A stretch of DNA of 35,259 bases from Candidatus Brocadiia bacterium (GTDB taxonomy: Bacteria > Planctomycetota > Brocadiia > SM23-32): assembly GCA_046538485.1 (NCBI GenBank), contig JBKHIT010000054.1, forward strand, positions 1 through 35,259, given 5' to 3'. Positions 27,849-35,259 of the stretch are shown one piece after another (the first letter of the stretch is position 1; the number at the start of each line of letters is the position of its first letter). A program made the position numbers and the translations under genes. The notes beneath the pieces were generated by a model, which was given only the letters and a program-made list of their open reading frames with translations, did no database searches and was not told the origin of the DNA.

Positions 27849-29693
27849 GTGGAATTGAAGAAAGACGTGGGACTGCTCGGAGTTTTCTGCATTGCTTCGG
27901 GAGCAATGATCAGTTCCGGCCTTTTTATTCTCCCCGGGTACGCTTTTGCTGAGGCTGGCCCCGCCGTGGTGGTTTCCTATGTTCTGGCCGCGTTGATGGC
28001 TCTTTGTGGGATGTTATGCATCGCGGAGATCGCAACAGCCATGCCGAAAGCGGGGGGAGACTATTTTTACATTGCTCGGAGTCTGGGTCCGGCGGTTGGG
28101 ACGATTTCGGGTCTTTTGAGCTGGTTTTCGCTTTCCCTGAAAGCCGCCTTTGCATTGGTCGGTATGGCCGCTTTTGCACGGTTAATCCCCTGGTTCACGG
28201 GATTTTCCCTCTGGCAATTCGCAGTCCCTTTTGCTGTCGTTTTTGTGATCTTGAACATCGTTGGTATCAAACAGGCCGCCCGGGCTCAAGTGGCCCTCGT
28301 CGGGGGACTGATCTGCCTTATGGTGCTGTATCTGGTGGCCGGTTTCCCTCAGGTTGATGTCCAGAAACTGGACCCGTTTGTTCCTGGTGGCGGGTTCAAG
28401 GTTATTTCAACCGCAGGGTTCGTGTTCATTTCATACGGTGGGCTTCTGAAAATCGTGAGTGTAGCCGAAGAAATCAGCAACCCCAAGAAGGTTATTCCCA
28501 TGGGCATGATTCTCTCTCTGCTCGTGGTTGGTATTTTCTATGCACTTATGGTTTTTGTGACAATCTGTGTGGTGCCGGCCGACGATCTGAAGGGGTCTCT
28601 GACCCCCATCTCGGATGCAGGGAGGATAATCCTGGGGCAGACCGGGTTTCTGGCCCTCTCCCTTGCCGCCATTTTAGCCTTTTTCTCCACAGCCAACGCC
28701 GGTATCGCTTCCGCATCGCGCTATCCACTCGCTCTCAGTCGTGATGGACTCCTGCCGTCTTTCCTCAAACAATTGAGCGAGCGTTTCAATACCCCAATTA
28801 TCTCCATTCTGGTAACCGGGTTTTTTATCATCGTTGCTGTTTTTGTCGAGCTTGATTATCTGGTGAAGGCAGCCTCAACCGTTCTGATACTGAGCTACCT
28901 TCTTTCGTGCCTTTCCCTGATCATTTTGCGGGAAGGGCGAGTGCAGAACTATCAGCCCTCTTTCCGCGTTCCGCTTTACCCATGGCTTCCTCTGGTGGGT
29001 ATAGCGGGCTATTCTTTCATGCTTTTCGGAATGGGAATGGAAGCTCTCCTGCTGACGTTGCTCATGGGACTGGTGGGGTTTTTGGTCTATCGTTTCTATG
29101 GCCGCCAAACCGCGGACAAAGAATACGCGCTTTTGCACTTGATTGAGCGAATCACTGCGCGTGCGCTGACCGGTGGTTCCCTGGAATCGGAACTGAAGGA
29201 GATTATTCGGGAACGTGACGACATCGAGAAAGACCGCTTTGATTCTGTGATCGAAAGTTGCCCGGTGCTGGATCTCGAAAGGGACATTGAACTGGATGAG
29301 CTTCTGGAGAGAGTGGCTTCTGCGCTGGCGCCGCGAATCGATTTAGAGCCCGGGAAAATTAAGGAAAAACTTGCAGCGCGAGAGCAGCAGAGTTCTACTG
29401 CAATAAGCCCTCATGTTGCCGTACCGCACGTAATTGTGGACGGGGAAGAAAAGTTTGATATTCTGCTTGCCAGGTGCCGAGAGGGGGTGTCATTCTCCGA
29501 CGATGCACCGGAAGTCGAGGCCGTCTTTGTCCTTGTCGGCAGTCAAGATCAGCGAAATTTCCACCTCCGTGCCCTGGCGGCGATTGCCCAGATTGTTCAG
29601 CAGGAGCCGTTTCTGGATAGATGGCGAGAAGCTCGCAATGCGGAAGCGCTCCGAGATGCTGTGTTGCTTGGAAGACGTCAACGTTATAGCTAA
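27849..29693 (+). CDS. APC-family amino acid permease fused to a PTS EIIA (Ntr/fructose-type) domain
   Basis: GAMISSGLF, AEIATAMPKAGG, about 12 TM segments, then AREQQSST..VAVPH..HLRALAAIA EIIA motifs. Confidence 0.9.
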   Translation: MELKKDVGLLGVFCIASGAMISSGLFILPGYAFAEAGPAVVVSYVLAALMALCGMLCIAEIATAMPKAGGDYFYIARSLGPAVGTISGLLSWFSLSLKAAFALVGMAAFARLIPWFTGFSLWQFAVPFAVVFVILNIVGIKQAARAQVALVGGLICLMVLYLVAGFPQVDVQKLDPFVPGGGFKVISTAGFVFISYGGLLKIVSVAEEISNPKKVIPMGMILSLLVVGIFYALMVFVTICVVPADDLKGSLTPISDAGRIILGQTGFLALSLAAILAFFSTANAGIASASRYPLALSRDGLLPSFLKQLSERFNTPIISILVTGFFIIVAVFVELDYLVKAASTVLILSYLLSCLSLIILREGRVQNYQPSFRVPLYPWLPLVGIAGYSFMLFGMGMEALLLTLLMGLVGFLVYRFYGRQTADKEYALLHLIERITARALTGGSLESELKEIIRERDDIEKDRFDSVIESCPVLDLERDIELDELLERVASALAPRIDLEPGKIKEKLAAREQQSSTAISPHVAVPHVIVDGEEKFDILLARCREGVSFSDDAPEVEAVFVLVGSQDQRNFHLRALAAIAQIVQQEPFLDRWREARNAEALRDAVLLGRRQRYS

Positions 29694-29793
29694 GAATTGT
29701 TCCGATACCCGGTGGGGGGGCCCCGAAGTTGCCGGTTGCCATAAACAGCATTTATAATTGTTCTTGTGCCGATCCCCTCTATTTGACTGAGCT

Positions 29794-30918
29794 ATGAAAA
29801 AACTGAGCCGGAGAGATTTTGTGAAAATGGCGGCAGTCGGGCTCACCTCTACCAGCTGTCCGTTTGCAACAGATGCCATTGCGGCCAAGGTCCAGGGCTC
29901 AGAACTCGGCGATCACGAGGCCATGGCTTACGCCAAGGTGAAGGGAACGATTATCCAGTGCAAGTTGTGTCCCCGTGGATGTGTGGTGCCGGACGGGCGA
30001 AGAGGATACTGCGGCGTCCGAGAAAACCAGGGGGGAACATACAAATCGCTGGTTTATGGACGGGTCGGGGCCGCTCACGTGGATCCTATCGAAAAAAAAC
30101 CCCTGTTCCATTTTCTACCGGGGAACACGGCCTTCTCTATTGCAACCGCTGGTTGCAATGTAGAATGTCTGTTCTGCCAGAACTGGCGACTGAGCCAGTC
30201 AAAACCTGAACAATTGCAGACCACCCGTATGCCGCCCGAGAAAGTGGCTGCGGAAGCGGTTTCTCAAAATTGCGATATCATTGCGTACACCTACAACGAG
30301 CCGACGATTTTTTGCGAATTTATGCTTGATTGTGCCCGTGAAGGGAAAAAGAAAAACCTGCGAAGCGTCATGATTTCGAACGGATATATGAATCTCGAGC
30401 CGATGAAAACTCTCTGCAAAGAGCTCGGTGGGATAAAAATAGATTTGAAGTCGTTTAGTGATGAGTTTTACAAAAAATATGTCGATGGCGAGCTAAAGCC
30501 GGTTCTAAAAACGATCGAATTAATAAAAAAACTTGGCATGCATCTCGAGCTGGTGATACTACTGATCCCCGGACTCAACGATAGCGACGAAGAAATCGGG
30601 AAAATGGCCCGATGGGTCGTTAAAAATCTGGGCAAGGATGTCCCCATGCATTTCAGCCGTTTTCATCCATGCTACAAAATGAAGAATATATCCCGGACGC
30701 CCATTAAAACAGTTGAGCGTGCGCAAAGCATCGCATTGGATGAAGGCGTCCATTATTCCTATGTCGGCAATGCTCCCGGTCACAAATATGAGAATACATT
30801 CTGTCATTCTTGCGGCGCCAAAATTATCACCCGCTACGGATTCCACATCGGCGAAGTCCATATTAAGGATGGAAAGTGTGAATTTTGCGGAGCGGAGATC
30901 CCGGGAGTGTGGGATTGA
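29794..30918 (+). CDS. amrS: AmmeMemoRadiSam system radical SAM enzyme with a twin-arginine signal-like N-terminus
   Basis: CKLCPRGC..G.CGVR, DPIEKKPLFHF, GCNVECLFCQN, YTYNEP, C-terminal CHSC/CEFC; N-terminal SRRDFVK. Confidence 0.92.
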   Translation: MKKLSRRDFVKMAAVGLTSTSCPFATDAIAAKVQGSELGDHEAMAYAKVKGTIIQCKLCPRGCVVPDGRRGYCGVRENQGGTYKSLVYGRVGAAHVDPIEKKPLFHFLPGNTAFSIATAGCNVECLFCQNWRLSQSKPEQLQTTRMPPEKVAAEAVSQNCDIIAYTYNEPTIFCEFMLDCAREGKKKNLRSVMISNGYMNLEPMKTLCKELGGIKIDLKSFSDEFYKKYVDGELKPVLKTIELIKKLGMHLELVILLIPGLNDSDEEIGKMARWVVKNLGKDVPMHFSRFHPCYKMKNISRTPIKTVERAQSIALDEGVHYSYVGNAPGHKYENTFCHSCGAKIITRYGFHIGEVHIKDGKCEFCGAEIPGVWD

Positions 30919-30977
30919 AAAATTCTGGATGCCGGCAGGTTTTTCTCAATTAGAAGCCGTTGAAAGGAATATCTCAT

Positions 30978-31436
30978 TTGTCGGATGATAACGGAAAATC
31001 CAAATCCCCAATCCTTGTAAGCGCGTGCCTCCTGGGCCTTCGAACCAGATACGATGGTGAGGATAGCAGGCGCGAGGAGATTGTAGAACTTGCCGAGGAT
31101 CATTGTTTGATCCCCTTTTGTCCGGAACAACTCGGCGGTTTATCCACTCCACGAATTCCAGCGGAAATTGATAAAGGAGACGGGGCAACTGTCCTCCAGG
31201 GAAAGGCGAAAGTTGTACGTGAAGATAGCGTGGATGTTACGGAACAGTTCCTGCGAGGGACCCGAGAAACTGCCCGGCTGGCGGAATTGATAGGAGCGCG
31301 GAAAGCCGTGATGAAAGAAGGGAGCCCGGCCTGTGGGCTGACTCGGATTAAAAGAAAGGGTGCGGATGTGGCCGGTTCAGGGGTGGCAGCAGCGCTCCTG
31401 AAACGGAAGGGGGTCGATATTGAGGGAATCGAGTGA
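30978..31436 (+). CDS. DUF523 / thiouracil desulfidase (TudS)-family Fe-S protein
   Basis: ILVSACLLG..RYDG, FCPEQLGGL.TPR, KEGSPACG, GVAAALL. TTG at 30978 follows an AAAGGA SD; TTG at 30960 is an alternative. Confidence 0.88.
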   Translation: MSDDNGKSKSPILVSACLLGLRTRYDGEDSRREEIVELAEDHCLIPFCPEQLGGLSTPRIPAEIDKGDGATVLQGKAKVVREDSVDVTEQFLRGTRETARLAELIGARKAVMKEGSPACGLTRIKRKGADVAGSGVAAALLKRKGVDIEGIE

Positions 31437-32163
31437 CGGAGCCGGTGCGAATAAAAGGGCGAGTGAACTGAAGGTGAAAAAGAAGCGGGGCCCCATTCGC
31501 AGACTCTACGACTGGACGATTCACTGGGCGGAGACTCGCCACGCCGAGTGGGCATTGTTTATCCTGGCCTTTGCGGGATCATCGTTTTTCCCGATACCTC
31601 CCGATGTTCTGTTGATCACTATGGCGCTTGCCGCCCCCAAGAAGTCGCTCCGCTACGCGGGTATCTGCATGCTCGGCTCTGTGCTCGGCGCCTTTTTAGG
31701 GTACGGCATCGGGTATTTCTTCTTCGATTCCGTGGGCAGCGCCATAATCGAGTTTTACGGATTGGAAGAATCGTTTGAGAGTTTCAGAGCGCATTTTCAC
31801 GAACAGGGCTTCCTTTACGTATTTGGTGCGGCGTTGACACCCATTCCCTACAAGGTTTTCACAATTACTTCCGGTTTCTGCGGCATTTCCCTTCTGGTTG
31901 TGACATCGGCTTCGGTTATCGGGCGAGGCCTGCGGTTCTTCTGTGTCGGGGCACTTTTCAAATTTTTCGGTCCGAAGATCAAGGAATTCATCGATCGCTA
32001 TTTCAATTTAATGACTATCCTTTTCCTGATACTTTTAGTCGGCGGGTTCGTATTTGTTAAGGTTTTGTGGGGGAACCATGGAAAGTCGACGAGCAAAGAG
32101 GAGCAGAAGACGGAGGCAAAACCCCGTGGCAATTCGACACATCCTGACGAAAGTGGGCGTTGA
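31420..32163 (+). CDS. DedA/YqaA-family membrane protein
   Basis: SSFFPIPPDVLL, GSVLGA..GY.IG, TPIPYKVF, GRGLRFF. Start uncertain (GTG at 31474 is an alternative). Confidence 0.88.
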   Translation: MRESSDGAGANKRASELKVKKKRGPIRRLYDWTIHWAETRHAEWALFILAFAGSSFFPIPPDVLLITMALAAPKKSLRYAGICMLGSVLGAFLGYGIGYFFFDSVGSAIIEFYGLEESFESFRAHFHEQGFLYVFGAALTPIPYKVFTITSGFCGISLLVVTSASVIGRGLRFFCVGALFKFFGPKIKEFIDRYFNLMTILFLILLVGGFVFVKVLWGNHGKSTSKEEQKTEAKPRGNSTHPDESGR

Positions 32164-32944
32164 AAAAACGGCCATAGTGTTTGTGCTGGCGGTTTATCTG
32201 ATGTTTACGGCTTTCGGGTGCCGGCGTTCGAAAATGAATCCGAGGGCAGAAAAAAACGGCGATGTTTCACCGAATGCCGAAGAAAATGAGTCAAACGTCC
32301 GCGATGAAGCAGAGGGTAAATCCGCACGAAACGAGAACAACGAGAAGAAAGGAAACCGTATGTTGTCAGAGAAGGATCGTGAGGAGTTGTTACGAATCGC
32401 ACGAGAAGCTGTGGAAGCGGCTGTGGCGGGCAAACAGGTCCCAAAAGAAAAAATCGAAAACGAAAACCTGCAGGGCAAACAAGGCGCTTTTGTTACCCTT
32501 AAAACGAATGGCAATTTGCGGGGTTGTATTGGCCGTTTTACGGCGGATCAGCCCCTCTGGAAAACCGTGCGTGAGATGGCGGTCTCTGCGGCCACCCAGG
32601 ACCCGCGGTTCAGAGGCCATCGGATCCAGCCCGATGAATGTGAGAATCTGGATATCGAGATTTCCGTCCTCTCCACTCTGAAAAAGACCGAGCAACCTCT
32701 TAAAGACATGCAACTGGGTAAACACGGAATATATATCCGACGGGGAATGCGAACCGGTTGTTTTCTGCCTCAGGTTGCTGAAGAAACCGGTTGGAATAAA
32801 GAACAGTTTCTTGGCAGCTGCTGTTCGCACAAAGCGGGGTTGCCGGCGAATGCCTGGCAAGATAAAAAAACAGAGGTGATGCTGTTCACGGCCGAAGTGT
32901 TTTCAGAAGAAGAACCCGGAGAGGAAAGCACGGACGAGGAATAA
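32153..32944 (+). CDS. amrA: AmmeMemoRadiSam system protein A (AMMECR1 family), possibly with a lipoprotein signal
   Basis: GAFVTL....LRGCIG, AATQDPRF, IEISVLS, G.FLPQVA, KAGL. The start is ambiguous (32078, 32153 or 32360). Confidence 0.9.
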   Translation: MGVEKTAIVFVLAVYLMFTAFGCRRSKMNPRAEKNGDVSPNAEENESNVRDEAEGKSARNENNEKKGNRMLSEKDREELLRIAREAVEAAVAGKQVPKEKIENENLQGKQGAFVTLKTNGNLRGCIGRFTADQPLWKTVREMAVSAATQDPRFRGHRIQPDECENLDIEISVLSTLKKTEQPLKDMQLGKHGIYIRRGMRTGCFLPQVAEETGWNKEQFLGSCCSHKAGLPANAWQDKKTEVMLFTAEVFSEEEPGEESTDEE

Positions 32945-32972
32945 AGAGGCGCGAATTATATTTCGCGGCTCT
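32945..32972 (+). terminator. Hairpin directly after amrA
   Basis: AGAG-G-CGCGAA...TTCGCG-G-CTCT; no strong U-tract. Confidence 0.4.
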
Positions 32973-33370
32973 GAACGTGTTCGCCCCCACGGGTGTTGCA
33001 AATTTGAGATTTGTTGTATATTCTTTCAGTGAATTTGCGGGTGCAGCCGGATTGATGGCATGAAATCCACAGATTAAGAATATTTCCCAGATCCCCGCAG
33101 AAGGGTGAGGCGGATTGATTGTGGCAAAACGTAGCGTCCAGGGGGATCCCGGCGTATCCTCTCATCTTGTTTTGGCGATGTGTTTTTTGTATCTCCGGCG
33201 GAGGCGAAAAGGAATGTGCCAGCCCCGCCTCAGAAATTGCTGCTGTTTGAAATCCCAAAACTAAAACTCATATCGGCCGAATGACGGCTGTTCACAGATC
33301 CCGACCTAAATGCCGCAACGAAAGTCGTTTTCTTAGCCCCGTCCAGTCGTTACTGAAAGGAGGATTTTGC

Positions 33371-33961
33371 ATGGGTGGTAAGATTATTGGTGGACTCATC
33401 GCGTTTGTGATCGGCGCTGCGCTTTTTGGCGTTGGTTTCTGGATGCAGTCCCAGAAAAGTGCCATCAAAAAATATATGGAAACCGAAGGCGAAGTAATCT
33501 CGTCCCGGATTGATTCGCATACCGACAGTGACGGCGATCAGATGTACAAACCCGAGATTAAATATGTTTATGTGGTGGATGGCGAAAAATACGAAAGCGA
33601 TCGCTACGCCTATCTGGGGTCGATCTCCTCCAGTTCCAGCGGGGGCGCACGGAAAATCGTTAATAATTATCCGGCAGGTGAAAAATGTGCTGTCTTCTAT
33701 GATCCAGCAGATCCGACGAAGAGTGTTCTTGATAAGAATCCGGGAGGCATTTACAAATGGTTCCCAATCATATTTTTGGGGATAGGCGGATTGGTTTTGC
33801 TTGTGCCGATTGGTGGTCTCGTGTTTTATGGCTTGATAATCGGACTTGTGCTGTCCAGCCGAAAAAAAACGCCTGAACCCGGCCGGGCTGAGCGAGCGGA
33901 TTTTGACAGTGACAGGGGAGATTCTGACTCAAATGATCTCCCAAAAATGGAAGAAATGTGA
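33371..33961 (+). CDS. DUF3592-family membrane protein
   Basis: TM - TEGEVISS..Y.PEIKY.Y.VDG..Y..VFYDPADP..SVL - TM; SD AAGGAGG before the ATG at 33371. Confidence 0.88.
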   Translation: MGGKIIGGLIAFVIGAALFGVGFWMQSQKSAIKKYMETEGEVISSRIDSHTDSDGDQMYKPEIKYVYVVDGEKYESDRYAYLGSISSSSSGGARKIVNNYPAGEKCAVFYDPADPTKSVLDKNPGGIYKWFPIIFLGIGGLVLLVPIGGLVFYGLIIGLVLSSRKKTPEPGRAERADFDSDRGDSDSNDLPKMEEM

Positions 33962-33975
33962 GAAAGGAGCGAAGA

Positions 33976-34683
33976 ATGCCAGTGGCTGATGAAATTGATT
34001 ACACGATCGTTGGTGACGATATGCAGGCTGTTGTGGTAACTCTGGATGAGAATGAAGCCGTCAGGGCCGAAGCCGGGGCCATGATGTACATGACCCGGGG
34101 GATCGAGATGGATACCGGCGCGGAAGGGGGGATTTTTGGTGGATTGAAGCGAGTTGTCAGCGGCGAAAGTTTCTTCATCACCAATTTCAAGTGCGTGAGC
34201 CAGCAAGGTCAGGTGAGTTTCGCCGGACCCTACCCGGGGAAGATTATCGCTCTTGATCTCGCGGAGACCGGCCAGATGCTCTGTCAGAAAGATGCATTTT
34301 TGTGCTGCGCCGCGGGAGTCGACCTCGATATCGCCTTTACAAAACGTCTGGGGGCCGGATTCTTCGGCGGCGAAGGATTCATCCTCCAGAGCCTTCAGGG
34401 TGACGGGCTTGCGTTTATTCACGCCGGCGGGGCGGTGGTGAAGATGTCCCTGGACCCGGGCCAGGATTTGCGCGTGGATACGGGTTGCCTCGTGGCTCTC
34501 CAGGCGACAGTTGATTACAACATCAAGTACGTTGGGGGAATTAAAACAGCTCTGTTTGGCGGGGAAGGGCTATTTTTCGCTCACCTGACGGGCCCCGGCG
34601 ATGTTTACCTTCAAACCTTGCCTTTCTCCCGGCTGGCCGACCGCGTTGCCTCGGCTACCGTTCAAAATAAAAATCGCGGTTGA
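33976..34683 (+). CDS. AIM24/TIGR00266-family protein
   Basis: GDDMQ, AEAGAMMYM, GESFF, QKDAFLC, GGEGFILQ, VDTGCLVA, QTLPFSRLA; SD AAGGAG. Confidence 0.92.
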   Translation: MPVADEIDYTIVGDDMQAVVVTLDENEAVRAEAGAMMYMTRGIEMDTGAEGGIFGGLKRVVSGESFFITNFKCVSQQGQVSFAGPYPGKIIALDLAETGQMLCQKDAFLCCAAGVDLDIAFTKRLGAGFFGGEGFILQSLQGDGLAFIHAGGAVVKMSLDPGQDLRVDTGCLVALQATVDYNIKYVGGIKTALFGGEGLFFAHLTGPGDVYLQTLPFSRLADRVASATVQNKNRG

Positions 34684-34917
34684 ATGACAACCGCGTATTA
34701 TAGCACCGCCACCCTGGTGGATTTTCTCTCCGGAAGCTCTGTTTTCGCCAGATAGAACCCGTCTATTGACCGACGGCGAGCCATTTGCGTTGATCAGAAA
34801 TATTGGCACAGTTGGGACTTAGCATAGCCAGAAAAATTTTTTACCCCAAAATCCGGCTCTGAGAGCCGTTGAGAAAATGGTTTAGCCTGAAAAAGCGGTT
34901 TTTCACCCCATTGGCCC

Positions 34918-35028
34918 CCCGCGAGCGGACTGGACTTCAGCCGGAGACTGGAGTTCAGAACGCGGACCATAAACCGACAGGTCTCGGAGCAAAACAGCAG
35001 AACGACCAACGGCAGCTCCGCCTCGGCG
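34918..35028 (+). repeat. Dispersed ~110-bp intergenic repeat, copy 2 (inverted relative to 577-692)
   Basis: Direct alignment to the reverse complement of 577-692. Confidence 0.85.
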
Positions 35029-35060
35029 TACCTGTTTAGCCCAGAGATACCGCTTCACGG

Positions 35061-35164
35061 GTCAATGCGAGCCCATCGTTAGATAGGCGAAGCAATCTCG
35101 TCGTTTTTCAACTCAACAGCGAGATTGCCGCGGCGTCCCGCTGTGCGGAACACCTCGTAAAGAC
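35061..35164. repeat. Degenerate palindromic element of the GTCATTGCGAG..GCAATCT..AGATTGC..CTCGCAATGAC type
   Basis: GTCAATGCGAG start, GCAATCTCG (35092-35100) / CGAGATTGC (35120-35128) perfect arms, CTCGTAAAGAC end. Confidence 0.6.
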
Positions 35165-35259
35165 ATCGTGAGCGTGGACTGGCTGATGTAACGCACGCTA
35201 AACACATATGAAAGAGAAAGTCAAGGCGCACTCTCCCTGTTCCCTCAGAAGCCTTTTTT

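Overview
Chromosomal segment of a PVC-superphylum bacterium, most likely an anaerobic Planctomycetota member. This assignment rests on the PVC signature small protein at 23115-23399; many proteins also carry acidic tails. Contents from left to right: a cluster of palindromic non-coding repeats (REP-like element, a 268-bp MITE-like element, and a ~115-bp repeat that recurs inverted at the far end); a TIM-barrel/Gfo-Idh-MocA fusion enzyme; a DtxR-family regulator with feoA-feoB; an orange-protein (Orp)-like sigma-54 cluster with three NifB/NifX domains, an OrpR-like activator and a visible -24/-12 promoter plus enhancer sites; tRNA-Gln(TTG); an epimerase-acetyltransferase-AddA-like operon with no addB nearby; several membrane-anchored hypothetical proteins; an aminotransferase; a STAS protein and a pseudo-receiver sigma-54 activator; and a co-oriented run of nucleoside hydrolase, APC permease-EIIA fusion, Tat-signal AmmeMemoRadiSam radical SAM enzyme, DUF523/TudS, DedA, AMMECR1, DUF3592 and AIM24. 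The best candidates for undescribed systems are the apparently exported AmmeMemoRadiSam/TudS/nucleoside-hydrolase cluster, the ATPase-less Orp cluster variant with an ORP-ferredoxin fusion, and the single-chain oxidation/elimination-type sugar enzyme. All calls come from motif recognition by eye; no searches were run.
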